DNA of 64,000 nt from Planctomycetota bacterium (GTDB taxonomy: Bacteria > Planctomycetota > SZUA-567 > H5-PLA8), in NCBI GenBank assembly GCA_038227875.1, contig JBBRPR010000001.1, forward strand, positions 192,001-256,000. Reading direction: 5' to 3'. The notes beneath the pieces were generated by a model. The model made no database searches. It was not told the origin of the DNA and was given only the letters and a program-made list of their open reading frames with translations. This document shows positions 37,743 through 47,452 of this stretch, piece by piece; within the stretch, counting starts at the first letter, position 1; each line of letters begins with the position of its first letter. A program made the translations under genes and the position numbers.

Positions 37743-38804
37743 ATGCAAAACCACTGGCCGGTGATTGTCGCTGCAGTCCTGATTTCAGCGGCCGTCGCGT
37801 TGGGACTGTTCCGACGAGATCAGATTATTGATGCGGCATCGCGTCGCAACCCCGTACCCGCGCCGGTCACGGCTGTTTCGCCGGTGGCGGTCACGCCGGC
37901 TGCGGCTCGGAAAGTGGACGCCGAAGCGCCCGATACGAAAGTCGCAGTTGCTCCCGAAGCCCCCGCTGCCCCAGTGGTTGCCGCTCCGGCGCCTGCTGCG
38001 CCAGCGGCGCCTGTTGCGCCGGCGGCACAACCAGCTGCCGTGCCTGCTCAGCCCGCTCCGCCGAAACCGCCGGCTCAAAAGTTCGTTATGCCGACCACTC
38101 CACCCCCGGCCGCTCCGCCTCAGCCGAAAGCTCCGGCCGTGCCCGCTCCTCCCGCTGCCCCCGCTGCCCCGGCTGCTCCGGCCGCCGCGCCTGTTCCCGT
38201 TTCCAACGGCGCTCAAACGCTTTTCAATCTGCGCGGCAAAATCGAAGAAGCAGTCCAGCGCAAGTCGTCGGACCTGGCGACCGGCGGTTACGCGTTCCAG
38301 CTCGACGGCGCGCGGCTGGAAGTTCAGCCGATGCCCAACTGGAGTGTGACGATCTACAATCTGAATCCGCAGCAGCAGGAAATCGAGACCGACAACTTCA
38401 AGAAGTTGTTGGGTGTTACCGCGACCGAACTGGGTTTCGACGCCGCGCAGAAAGGCACGACGCTCTCCAGCGGCAAACTCTCGCTGCAGGCCGCCACGAA
38501 GCTCGGCAACGCCACGATCGTGCGCGATCCGCAGAACGGAAATTCCGTGGTCATCACGCCCAACCAGCGCCGTATCGTTCAGCCTGCGAAGCCTGCCGAT
38601 GCCACGCCGGCACCCGCCGCGCAGCCTGCACCGGCGACTCCTGCCGCGCCCGCCGCCGGAAGTGCTGGTGGCGATCACGTCGGACCTCAAGCGGCGCAGC
38701 CGACTGTTCCTACTCCAGCTCCTCTGCCAGCGTCCAAGGCTGATGGCGCGCCGAAAACAGAAGGCAACACGGCTCCAGCGAATGCGCCAGGCAAGCAGTT
38801 TTGA
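37743..38804 (+). CDS. Membrane-anchored Pro/Ala-rich hypothetical protein
   Basis: N-terminal TM helix, two PA-rich linkers around a ~120-aa globular core; GGAGAGG upstream. Confidence 0.75.
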   Translation: MQNHWPVIVAAVLISAAVALGLFRRDQIIDAASRRNPVPAPVTAVSPVAVTPAAARKVDAEAPDTKVAVAPEAPAAPVVAAPAPAAPAAPVAPAAQPAAVPAQPAPPKPPAQKFVMPTTPPPAAPPQPKAPAVPAPPAAPAAPAAPAAAPVPVSNGAQTLFNLRGKIEEAVQRKSSDLATGGYAFQLDGARLEVQPMPNWSVTIYNLNPQQQEIETDNFKKLLGVTATELGFDAAQKGTTLSSGKLSLQAATKLGNATIVRDPQNGNSVVITPNQRRIVQPAKPADATPAPAAQPAPATPAAPAAGSAGGDHVGPQAAQPTVPTPAPLPASKADGAPKTEGNTAPANAPGKQF

Positions 38805-38813
38805 TTTCCGTCA

Positions 38814-38990
38814 GCCACGGAGTGGCGGCATAAGTAGCCCACGGCGCATGCCGTGGGAACGCGCGCCAAAAAAAGCAAAGCCCCGGTAGGGGCGACATAC
38901 CTATGCCGCCCCTACCGGGGCTCTGAAATATTTACAAGACGCTAACCCATGGCTTTCGCCATGGGCTACTCTATGCCGCCACTCCGTGGC
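38814..38990. repeat. Composite REP-like nested inverted-repeat element
   Basis: 19-bp terminal arms GCCACGGAGTGGCGGCATA/TATGCCGCCACTCCGTGGC; inner AGCCCCGGTAGGGGCG..CGCCCCTACCGGGGCT; CCCACGGC/GCCGTGGG and CCCATGGC/GCCATGGG hairpins. Confidence 0.9.
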
Positions 38991-39006
38991 GTTACGGCAA
39001 CAAAAC

Positions 39007-39207
39007 TTACGGCCGCATCATCGCCCGCTCATCCAGCGCCGAGCGCGTGGCGGAAGTGGAGCCCGATTGCATCAACACGAATTTTTCGCCGCAGGAACAG
39101 AGCATCTTATCGGTCTCTTGCAACCCGGACGCGTGCGCGCCGGTCAGCACCATCATCTGCAACCGGCAGTGCGGGCATTCGAATACATCGCCGCGTCGGG
39201 GCATCAT
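39007..39207 (-). CDS. Small 66-aa Cys4 metal-binding protein (desulforedoxin/zinc-ribbon-like)
   Basis: AAGGAG RBS; GDVFECPHC...LCSCGEKF. Confidence 0.7.
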   Translation of the reverse strand: MMPRRGDVFECPHCRLQMMVLTGAHASGLQETDKMLCSCGEKFVLMQSGSTSATRSALDERAMMRP

Positions 39208-39248
39208 CGTCGGACTCCTTGGTTGAGGGGCGAATAACGAGCGTGGGA

Positions 39249-39368
39249 TTATTTCATCCAGAAGACACGGTACGCGCCCAGCGCCGCAATACCGACGAGA
39301 ATCGCGATAATCGCAATTTTGTAAATGATCCAGCCGGTTCCGTCGTTCTGCAATTTGTGTTGTGACAT
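39249..39368 (-). CDS. Small 39-aa single-TM protein
   Basis: AAGGAG RBS; MSQHKLQNDGTGWIIYKIAIIAILVGIAALGAYRVFWMK. Confidence 0.65.
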   Translation of the reverse strand: MSQHKLQNDGTGWIIYKIAIIAILVGIAALGAYRVFWMK

Positions 39369-39733
39369 GTGTGACTCCTTGATGTCCAGACACTCTTCGC
39401 ACACGTAACAGGCCAGTGGTGTTAATTTCAATTTGAGTTGCAACCACCACGAGTGTTGGACGTTGCGTTGAGCGCGGGCTGGGCTGCCACTGTGACACAG
39501 TTGTGAGAATCGGGCAGCAGCTCGCGGAAATCGATTTTAAACTCATGGCAGCGTTCTTGCGCCGGTTCCCGGCGTCGGCTTTAGCGCAATCAGCGACCAC
39601 TGGGATGCGCGCCTTCATTGGTGCATTTTCATCCAAAGAGAATTCGGAATCAGTCAGCAATCCCGGCGGCGACAGCTCGCGCCGGAAACAACCGGGTGAT
39701 TTCGCCGCAATGCGATGCAGTGGGGGGGACGGG

Positions 39734-40108
39734 ATGGCGCGGCTTTTAATTATCGAAGACGATCGGAATCAATGCGCTCTATACACCGAAGAATTGTCTG
39801 ACGATGGCCACGACGTTGTTTGCGCTTCGCAGGGCGCCGAGGCCCTGCTGGTGGTCAAAACGCAGCCGCCGGATCTGGTGATCTCCGATATTCTCCTGCC
39901 CGGCATGACGGGGATCGAAATCATGGAGCAACTGCTGACGGTTGCGCCGAATCTCCCCGTCATTATTCATTCCGCGTACAGTTCGCCACGGCTGGACTAC
40001 ATGGCGGGCCTGGCCTACGCCTACGTCTTAAAATCCGGTGACCTCGAGGAGCTCAAGTACCACATTCGTACGGCGCTGATGCAGGGGAGGTCGCGGCCAG
40101 TTGACTGA
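39734..40108 (+). CDS. Single-domain response regulator (receiver)
   Basis: LLIIEDD, PDLVISDILLPGMTG, PVIIHSA, YVLKS. Confidence 0.9.
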   Translation: MARLLIIEDDRNQCALYTEELSDDGHDVVCASQGAEALLVVKTQPPDLVISDILLPGMTGIEIMEQLLTVAPNLPVIIHSAYSSPRLDYMAGLAYAYVLKSGDLEELKYHIRTALMQGRSRPVD

Positions 40109-40172
40109 AAATCATGCAATCCGCGTCTTTTCCGGCCATTGGCTCGCTTTGTGTGCACAAGTAACGTGATAT

Positions 40173-40187
40173 TGGCAGTTCTCTTGA
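40173..40187 (+). promoter_or_regulatory. Possible sigma54 -24/-12 promoter (TGGCAG-TTCTC-TTGA)
   Basis: Correct spacing but -12 is GA rather than GC; a sigma54 activator is encoded just downstream. Confidence 0.35.
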
Positions 40188-40246
40188 AATAGCCGGCGTG
40201 TGACGGCTTATCTAAATCGGGTGAACGTCTGGGCAGAGTATACGCA

Positions 40247-41275
40247 ATGAAATCGATCAACGGTACGAACGGAGCGCCATCGCTTCCGGGTGAAAACCAT
40301 GACGGCGCCAATCCCGCCAAGGCGACGCTGGTCAATGCGGCCGAAGGCGCAGCGTGCCTGCGGACGCTGATTGCGTTTGCCAAATCCGGAGGGCCGCTCT
40401 CGCCGGCGGAACTCGATGTGCTCCAGGAAGCGTGGGACAAGCTCGACCTCCCGGCCACCATGACCTTCCAAAGCCTGATGGCCGAGGATCTGGATCTGAC
40501 GCAACAATTGGCCCTGATCGCAACGGAAGAAGGGCGTGAACGGACGTACGCCGCGACGTTTCTGTTTGCGCATTCCGGCGGGCCGTGTTCCCCCAAGCAG
40601 CAGAAATTGTTGAATGAGATCCGCACCACCTTGCAGATCTCGGTCACGATGGAAACGCCACTGAGCCGGATCTACTCGCAAGTCCGCGAACGGGTCTTCC
40701 CTGCGTTCAGCCGCTTCATCGACGACCCGGCCGAACGGGCGCGTAAGATTGACGAGGAAATTCTCAAATTCGCGATGAGCAACGGGGTCACCGGGGCGTT
40801 CCCGATCCGTGCTCGCGCCGTAGCCACGGGCGTGATGATCTACACCACTCAGGTTGTCATGGTCAGCGACATCGGCAAATACTGGGGCTACACCGTCGAC
40901 CAGCAGGGCGCCCAGACCTTGATGGCCGGCATCCAGGGCAACACGGGCATGCGCATCGCCATTCAAAGTCTGCTGCGCGACGGCGCGATTCTGGAGAGCA
41001 CCCACGACTGCAACCCCGCGTTTTACTCGACGTGGGCGCTGGGCTTCGTGGCGAACAAGCATTTCGAAAGCGCACGCCGGCTGGAAAACGAGGGCCTTCG
41101 TACGCTCTACGTCACCGCGATGAAGGAAGCGGAAGTCGCGTGCGAAAAGTGCCACGTCGAAATGGCCGCCGCGATCCTGTCCCGCTCCATCACGCTCGAT
41201 TTGCTTCACGAGGAATTCACCGCGGGCAACATCAACGCCGAAGAATACGACCGAAAGATAATGGGATTGCCTTAG
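40247..41275 (+). CDS. TerB-like helical domain + DUF697-like domain protein
   Basis: CLRTLIAFAKSGG..SPAE and AHSGG..SPKQ repeats; GAFPI..QVVMVSDIGKYWG..STWALG. Confidence 0.6.
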   Translation: MKSINGTNGAPSLPGENHDGANPAKATLVNAAEGAACLRTLIAFAKSGGPLSPAELDVLQEAWDKLDLPATMTFQSLMAEDLDLTQQLALIATEEGRERTYAATFLFAHSGGPCSPKQQKLLNEIRTTLQISVTMETPLSRIYSQVRERVFPAFSRFIDDPAERARKIDEEILKFAMSNGVTGAFPIRARAVATGVMIYTTQVVMVSDIGKYWGYTVDQQGAQTLMAGIQGNTGMRIAIQSLLRDGAILESTHDCNPAFYSTWALGFVANKHFESARRLENEGLRTLYVTAMKEAEVACEKCHVEMAAAILSRSITLDLLHEEFTAGNINAEEYDRKIMGLP

Positions 41276-41346
41276 TTTCCGGCTTGTTCGTGCAGTACCA
41301 ACTGTTACGCTAATCGCGTAGCGTCGTATCTCCCTTGGATGATTCC

Positions 41347-43263
41347 ATGCCTTCTAAATCGACTCCCAAAGAGGGCGCTCCAGCCGAATTGATCGCTCGT
41401 CGAATTGCTGCTCATCAATCTGTCGCCCGCGTGCTCGCCGAAGCCGAGACGCTGCGCGAGGCCACGCCCAAAATTCTCCATGAAATCGCCGAGGCGCTGG
41501 GCTGGGGCCTGGGCATCCTCTGGCGCGTAGACACCGAAGCGCAGGTGATGGTCTGCGAAGAAGTCTGGACTTCCCCGCCGCTGCATTCGGAAAAGTTCAT
41601 CGCCAAGGTTAAGGAGTCACGCCTTCCCCTGGATGCAGGATTGCCGGGCAAGGTCTGGAATTCCGGTCAGCCCGTCTGGGTCGAAGACTATGCCGATCCC
41701 GACCTTCCGCCGACACCGCAAGCCAGGGAAAAGGCCAGAGGCGCGGTGTGCGTGCCCATCAAGGTCAAAGGCAGGGTCTTTGGTGCGATGGAGTTTCTCG
41801 GCCACGATCAGCAGCGGCCGGATGCCTCGATCGAAGAGATGATGGTGATCATCGGCCATCTGGTCGGGCTATTCATGGAACGGCTTTCCACCGCCGATGC
41901 GCTGCGCGAAAGCGAAGAGCGCTACCGCCTGCTCGCTGCCACTTCCGTCGACGTGCTCATAACCATCGACGAGACTCTGAAGATCCTGTTCGTCAACAAA
42001 GCCGCTGAACGCATTTTCGGTTACTTGCCCACGGAAATGATGGGTCTGCCGCTGACGCTGGTGATTCCGGACTTTGCAAACAGCAAGCGTACGTTTGGCC
42101 CATCCGCCCGCTCCGTCCCCTCAACGTATCTGGAAATGTCTGGCCGCCAGAAAAGCGGTGAGAAGGTTGCCCTCGAGGTGGCTTTCACAGAATACCTGGG
42201 CAAGGGCAAGCGCTACGCCACGGGCATTATCCGCGACATCGGCGAACGCAAGCGCGCCGAAGTCGCGTTACGTGTCAGCGAACAGAAACTGCAGAGCGTC
42301 CTGGCCTCATCGGCCGCCGGCCAGATCATCGCCGAGTCGCCGGTGATGATCAGGCTGCTCGAACGCGTCAAAAAGGCCGCCGCCAGCGACACCCCGATTC
42401 TGATTCAAGGCGAAACCGGCAGCGGCAAGGAGTGCATCGCGCTGATGCTGCATCAGCATTCGGTGCGCGCGGGCCGCGCCTTTGTGGCGCGAAATTGCGC
42501 CGCCATCCCGGCCAACCTCTTTGAATCCGAAATGTTCGGCCACAAGAAGGGCGCCTTCACCGGTGCCGAACGGGAACGCAGCGGCGCGTTTGTTGAAGCC
42601 GATCGCGGCACGCTTTTCCTCGACGAGATCGGCGATCTGGACTACAGCCTCCAGACCAAGCTGCTGCGCGCGATCCAGGAAAAGATCATCCATCCCCTCG
42701 GCAGCGATCGCGAAGTCCAGGTCAATCCTCGCATCGTCTGCGCCACGAACAAAGAGCTGCGGGAATGCGTCAAAGAGAAGCTCTTCCGAGAGGACCTCTT
42801 TTACCGTGTAGCCACGGTGGTGCTGCATGTCCCGCCATTGCGCGAGCGCCGTGAAGATATCATGCCGCTGGCGCGTCATTTCGTCGGCCTCGCCAGCAAG
42901 TGGTCGCGTACGCTTTCAGATCGCGCTGAAGATGTCCTGCTGGCCTATTCCTGGCCGGGCAACGTGCGCGAATTGCGCTCGCTGATGGAACAGGCCGTGA
43001 TCTTCGCCATCGGCAGCGAGATCCAGGCCAACGAGCTCACGTTCCCGATGTCGCAGGGCATGGCCGAGTCCACATCGCAATCTCTGGCCGACGTGGAACG
43101 CCGCTACATTCTGAAAGTGATGCAGAGCACCAACCAGAACAAGAGCGACGCCGCAAAGATCCTGAAACTCGCTCGCAGCACGTTGCTGCTGAAGCTCCGC
43201 TCCTTCGAAGAGCAAGCCACCGCATCTGCACCCAGCGAGCCGGACACAAGCACGTCGATGTAG
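41347..43263 (+). CDS. Sigma54-dependent enhancer-binding protein (GAF-PAS-AAA+-Fis HTH)
   Basis: GETGSGKE, NCAAIP, ESEMFGHKKGAFTGA, LFLDEIG, FREDLFYR, WPGNVREL; GLPGKVW GAF; VNKAAERIFGY PAS. Confidence 0.95.
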   Translation: MPSKSTPKEGAPAELIARRIAAHQSVARVLAEAETLREATPKILHEIAEALGWGLGILWRVDTEAQVMVCEEVWTSPPLHSEKFIAKVKESRLPLDAGLPGKVWNSGQPVWVEDYADPDLPPTPQAREKARGAVCVPIKVKGRVFGAMEFLGHDQQRPDASIEEMMVIIGHLVGLFMERLSTADALRESEERYRLLAATSVDVLITIDETLKILFVNKAAERIFGYLPTEMMGLPLTLVIPDFANSKRTFGPSARSVPSTYLEMSGRQKSGEKVALEVAFTEYLGKGKRYATGIIRDIGERKRAEVALRVSEQKLQSVLASSAAGQIIAESPVMIRLLERVKKAAASDTPILIQGETGSGKECIALMLHQHSVRAGRAFVARNCAAIPANLFESEMFGHKKGAFTGAERERSGAFVEADRGTLFLDEIGDLDYSLQTKLLRAIQEKIIHPLGSDREVQVNPRIVCATNKELRECVKEKLFREDLFYRVATVVLHVPPLRERREDIMPLARHFVGLASKWSRTLSDRAEDVLLAYSWPGNVRELRSLMEQAVIFAIGSEIQANELTFPMSQGMAESTSQSLADVERRYILKVMQSTNQNKSDAAKILKLARSTLLLKLRSFEEQATASAPSEPDTSTSM

Positions 43264-43309
43264 TTGCGCCATGGGTTCTGATCTGCGCGCTGGTACTGCG
43301 GTGCGTTAC

Positions 43310-44035
43310 TCACACTCCCGCCCACTCCGTCGGACTCTGCCCCGTGGTTTTTCTGAACAGCCGCGAAAAATAATACGGGTCCGAAAATCCCACCCGCACG
43401 GCCACTTCCTTCACACTGAATCCTCCGAGCTTCAACAGATGCCGCGCCTGGTCGATGCGCAGGCGCGTCAGGTAGTCCAGTGGCGTGCAACCCGTGGCCT
43501 TGTTGAAAACCTTTCGCAGATGGTCCGACGAGATCGGCAGATCGCCGATCGCCTCGCCGACGTCGAATTCCGGATTGGGCAGATTCTCGGCGATCCTGCT
43601 CTTCAACTGCTCGACCAACGGGTGCGCGGGCTCTTTGTCCTGCCAGCGGTTGAGGTAGAGCATCAAAATGTCGAAGAGATCCTGCGTCACCAGCTTCCAA
43701 TTCGGCTGCTTCAGCACGTACTCGCGGTGGAGAATCTGCGCGACGTTGTAGAACGAACGCTCCGGCGTGTCCTGGAACACCGGCACGCGGCCGTCCCACG
43801 GGTATTCGTTGGTGTGCATGTACATGTTGGTGTAGCCGGACTCCGACCGTTCCTGATGTGGAATGCGCGGCGGCATGCAGATGATCGTCCCGGGCTCAAA
43901 CGGAATCGCCTGCTCACCGATATGCGAAACCCCGCGGCCAAACGTGTAGAGCACAATCTCCCACGTCTCATGCCCATGCGGCGCGAACGAGGGGATCGGG
44001 GCGGGGATGATGCCGATGGAGTAGAATCTGGGCAT
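43310..44035 (-). CDS. AraC-family transcriptional regulator
   Basis: PHGHETWEI cupin; SVKEVAVRVGFSDPYYFSRLFRKTTGQSP. Confidence 0.92.
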   Translation of the reverse strand: MPRFYSIGIIPAPIPSFAPHGHETWEIVLYTFGRGVSHIGEQAIPFEPGTIICMPPRIPHQERSESGYTNMYMHTNEYPWDGRVPVFQDTPERSFYNVAQILHREYVLKQPNWKLVTQDLFDILMLYLNRWQDKEPAHPLVEQLKSRIAENLPNPEFDVGEAIGDLPISSDHLRKVFNKATGCTPLDYLTRLRIDQARHLLKLGGFSVKEVAVRVGFSDPYYFSRLFRKTTGQSPTEWAGV

Positions 44036-44252
44036 GGGCGCGACTCTTGGTTCTTGGGGGCAGATATGCCGCTTTTGCGGTCTTACCGGCTGGCCCAAGA
44101 GCTAACAGCCAAGAGCCGCTTTCCCCACACATTGTTCCTAACGCTAATCTCGGTTTTGTCCATCACAATGCCCACCCCATCCATTTACTCGAACCCCGCC
44201 TCGCGGGTATATACCTTTCACGCTATTCGGCACACGGGAGAGGGATACGACC

Positions 44253-45017
44253 ATGTTGACCATGCAGCATACGCAGGATTTCGACCGTGACGGTTTTGTC
44301 CTGATCGAAAATGTGTTCTCGCCCGATGAAATCAAGATCTTGATCGACAATGTCGAAGCGGGTCAGCGCGTCAAACGCCACGCCGGCAACATGCCCGACA
44401 CCGAAGGCCGCTCCAGCAAACTCTCGCTGTGGATGGATGCCGGCGACGATGTCTTCGGCGCAGTCTCCACCAGCCCCCGCATCGTCAACGCCTGCCGCAT
44501 GCTTCTGCGCGAAGATGTCTATCACTGGCACAGCAAAGTGATGCTAAAGGAACCGCGCGTCGGCGGCGCGTGGGAGTGGCATCAGGACTACGGCTACTGG
44601 TACGGCGACAACGTGCTCTTCCCGCGCATGATCTCCTGCATGATCGCGCTCGACGACGCCACAAAGGCAAACGGCTGCCTGAAAGTCATCGTCGGCTCGC
44701 ACCAGCTGGGCCGCTTCGATCACGGCCAGCGCGGCAACCAGGCCGGCGCCGATCCGGTGCGCGTCCAGGCGGTCGTTGAACGCCTGCCGGTGAAGTATTG
44801 CGAAGCGCCTTCGGGCAGCGCGCTCTTTTTCCACTGCAATACGTTCCACGCCTCCGAAGCGAACACCTCCGACAAGCCGCGCCGCGCGTACATCTGCTGC
44901 TACAACGCGCTCTCCAATGTGCCATTCGGCGGACGCGGACACGGCAAACCCGAAGCGATTCGGGAATCGAGCAACGATGCGATTTTGAAATTCGCGGCGC
45001 AACCTGCGGCGCGTTGA
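44253..45017 (+). CDS. Fe(II)/2-oxoglutarate dioxygenase, phytanoyl-CoA dioxygenase/EctD-like family
   Basis: FDRDGF, SKVMLKEP, WHQDYGYW, NGCLKVIVGSH, FHASEANTSDKPRR. Confidence 0.92.
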   Translation: MLTMQHTQDFDRDGFVLIENVFSPDEIKILIDNVEAGQRVKRHAGNMPDTEGRSSKLSLWMDAGDDVFGAVSTSPRIVNACRMLLREDVYHWHSKVMLKEPRVGGAWEWHQDYGYWYGDNVLFPRMISCMIALDDATKANGCLKVIVGSHQLGRFDHGQRGNQAGADPVRVQAVVERLPVKYCEAPSGSALFFHCNTFHASEANTSDKPRRAYICCYNALSNVPFGGRGHGKPEAIRESSNDAILKFAAQPAAR

Positions 45018-45057
45018 GTTGGGTTTATTTTTCAATTACACAAAAAGGAGCTGCGGC

Positions 45058-46107
45058 ATGGGCAAGGTTCGGGTCGGATTCGTCGGCGTGGGCGGGATGG
45101 GGCAGATGGCGCATCTGTCGAATTATGCGGTACTGACCGACCAGTGCCAGGTCGTCGCCATGGCTGAGCCGCGCCCGAAGATGGCCAAGCTCGTCGCCGA
45201 ACGCTACGGCATTCCGCAGGTCTACGCGACGCACGAAGAACTGCTGGCGAAGGCCGACGTCGAAGCGATCGTCGCCGCCCAGCCTTACACGCGCCACGCG
45301 ATTCTGATTCCCGACATCTTGAAGAAGAAGATCCCCGTCTTCACCGAAAAGCCCCTCTGCCTGGGCGTCGAAGCCGGTGAAGAGCTGGTGAAGATCGGCG
45401 AGCAGACTGGGACGCTCCACATGGTCGGGTACCACAAGCGCTCCGACCCGGCGATGGAATACGCCAAGAAGGTCATCACCGAGCTGAAGGCCAGCAACGA
45501 GCTGGGCAAGATGCGGCTGGTGCGCGTGACGATGCCGCCCGGCGACTGGATCGGCGGCGCCGACCGTCCGCTCGGCAGCGACGAACCGTATCCGCAGGGC
45601 GCGTGGGAACCCAAGCCCAAGGACATGACCGAGCCGGTCTGCAAACATTACGACGCGTTTGTGAATTACTACATCCACCAGGTCAACGCGATCCGCTTCC
45701 TCGCCGGCGAACCGTACAAGGCGACCTTCGCCGACAAGACGCAGGTGTTGATGGTCGGCGAAACCGACAGCGGCGTCTGCGTGACGCTGGAAATGGCGCC
45801 CTACAGCACGACCACCGACTGGCAGGAAACGATGCTCGTCGCCTTCGAAAAGGGCTTCGTCAAAGTCGAACTCCCCGCGCCGCTGGTGCGCCAGCTCCCC
45901 GGCAAGGTGACGGTGATGCGCGACGACGGCAAGACGCCGCCGACGACCGTCTCACCGACGCTGCCGCTGCGCTCCGCGATGCGCAACCAGGCGATCAACT
46001 TCCTGGCCGCCGTCCGCGGCGAACGCCCCGCTCCGTGCGTCGCCAAGGAAGCGCTGGAAGACCTGAAGGTCGCGCGCCAGTACATCAAGCTCGTGCACGG
46101 AATGTAG
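45058..46107 (+). CDS. Gfo/Idh/MocA-family oxidoreductase
   Basis: VGFVGVGGMG, FTEKP, MVGYHKRSDP; AAGGAG RBS. Confidence 0.9.
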   Translation: MGKVRVGFVGVGGMGQMAHLSNYAVLTDQCQVVAMAEPRPKMAKLVAERYGIPQVYATHEELLAKADVEAIVAAQPYTRHAILIPDILKKKIPVFTEKPLCLGVEAGEELVKIGEQTGTLHMVGYHKRSDPAMEYAKKVITELKASNELGKMRLVRVTMPPGDWIGGADRPLGSDEPYPQGAWEPKPKDMTEPVCKHYDAFVNYYIHQVNAIRFLAGEPYKATFADKTQVLMVGETDSGVCVTLEMAPYSTTTDWQETMLVAFEKGFVKVELPAPLVRQLPGKVTVMRDDGKTPPTTVSPTLPLRSAMRNQAINFLAAVRGERPAPCVAKEALEDLKVARQYIKLVHGM

Positions 46108-46135
46108 CGCTTCGCGAGGGGTCAGGTGTCAGAAC

Positions 46136-46169
46136 AGAAACGCGCCGCGAATAGCGGCGCGTTTCTTTC
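46136..46169 (+). terminator. Intrinsic terminator hairpin between convergent genes
   Basis: AGAAACGCGCCGC-GAATA-GCGGCGCGTTTCT followed by TTC. Confidence 0.75.
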
Positions 46170-46227
46170 ACAGGACGATGTCAGGACAATTCAAAACTAA
46201 AAATTCAAAACTGCTGTCAGAAGCCGT

Positions 46228-46821
46228 TCAGCCCGCCTTCGGCGCGTCGATCTTCGCCTTCAACTCCGCCAACTGCTTGGAGATCTCCCCCAACTTCGTC
46301 ATTACTTCTGTCTCGCGGCGTTCTTCCGGTGAAGGCGTTTTGCCCATGAAGGCCAGGCCGCCGCCGGGTTCCAATTCGCAGCTTTCGACATCCGCCAATC
46401 GGCGGAAGCCCTGCTTGTGCGCCGCGGCTTCGAGTTCCGTGTGCGTAATCAACTCCTCGCTCATCGCCTTCTCGTTGATCTTTCCGTTTTCCACCAGCAT
46501 CGTCGATTCTCCTTCAACGAGCTGATCGAGCTTGGGGTGTGTGAAGAAAAAGCGCACGGTGCCGTAATTCACCAGCAGCAACGTGGTTGCACCGATCACG
46601 CCGCCGAGCACGGAATTGTCCTCGCCGATGATCGCGTTCTGGACCGTGTTGGAGATGCAGAGCAGCACGACGAGGTCGAAAGAATTCAGCGACGACAGTC
46701 CGCGCTTGCCCGCGATACGCAGGCCGACGATTAAAAAGATGTAGACCAGCACCGGCCGCAGAATTTTTTCCAGGACCGGCAATCCCAACACGTAGATGTG
46801 CTGCCAGGTTTCAGTAAACAT
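46228..46821 (-). CDS. YetF/DUF421-family membrane protein
   Basis: LRIAGKRGLSSLNSFDLVVLL.ISNTVQNA, LVEGESTMLVENG, LEPGG. Confidence 0.9.
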   Translation of the reverse strand: MFTETWQHIYVLGLPVLEKILRPVLVYIFLIVGLRIAGKRGLSSLNSFDLVVLLCISNTVQNAIIGEDNSVLGGVIGATTLLLVNYGTVRFFFTHPKLDQLVEGESTMLVENGKINEKAMSEELITHTELEAAAHKQGFRRLADVESCELEPGGGLAFMGKTPSPEERRETEVMTKLGEISKQLAELKAKIDAPKAG

Positions 46822-46836
46822 GCGTGCTCGAACTCC

Positions 46837-47235
46837 TTATTGATTGCTGCCGTCACCCCAGTCGTCGAACCATTGGATCAGTTCGACGGAATTGCCATCG
46901 GGATCGTTGATATAAAATCGCTCCGCGTTTTTCACGAAGGGCTGCGGCGAGAGTTTGAATCCCAGAGCTTCCAGATGTTTCTGCGCAGCGCGGACGTCCT
47001 TGATGTGCAAGGCGACATGGCGCGCGCCATCCGCATCGGATTTACCTGCGGTTTTGATCAGATGAATGTGCTCGTTGCCCAACCGCAGCCAGCGCACACC
47101 CGGCGCGAACGCCTTCGGCGCGGCGATCGGCTCCAGGCCCAGCACCCCTACGTAAAACGCCAGCGCCCTCTCAAAATCAGTGACTGGAATTCCGACATGA
47201 TGGATGCCGGTGATCTGCACTGGGGAATCGCTCAT
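46837..47235 (-). CDS. VOC/glyoxalase-family protein
   Basis: IHHVGIPVTDFERALAFY..LG, RHVAL, DPDGNSVEL. Confidence 0.92.
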   Translation of the reverse strand: MSDSPVQITGIHHVGIPVTDFERALAFYVGVLGLEPIAAPKAFAPGVRWLRLGNEHIHLIKTAGKSDADGARHVALHIKDVRAAQKHLEALGFKLSPQPFVKNAERFYINDPDGNSVELIQWFDDWGDGSNQ

Positions 47236-47452
47236 CGATTCGTCCTTTCCTGAAAGAAACTTTCAAACAGTTTGGCGCATGGAAGTCGTTACGCAAACGA
47301 GGAATTGATCTCAACGACGCGGCCTGAAAATGCAGTGCGGTAATCCCTGCCGGGTGTGCTCTCACCAATAGTTGAGGGCAGTGAAGCGTGGCACGAGAGT
47401 TGTTCCACGTGGCACAGGCAGCACTATCTATATCTCATGGGAGGGCAGCACG

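Noticed and set aside
44253..45017. Assigning the symbol ectD
   Set aside because: Family motifs only; no ectoine pathway genes; substrate cannot be determined
46188..46212. Short degenerate repeats at gene junctions (also about 33823-33853 and 55283-55335)
   Set aside because: Too short and degenerate to support any function beyond ordinary intergenic short tandem repeats
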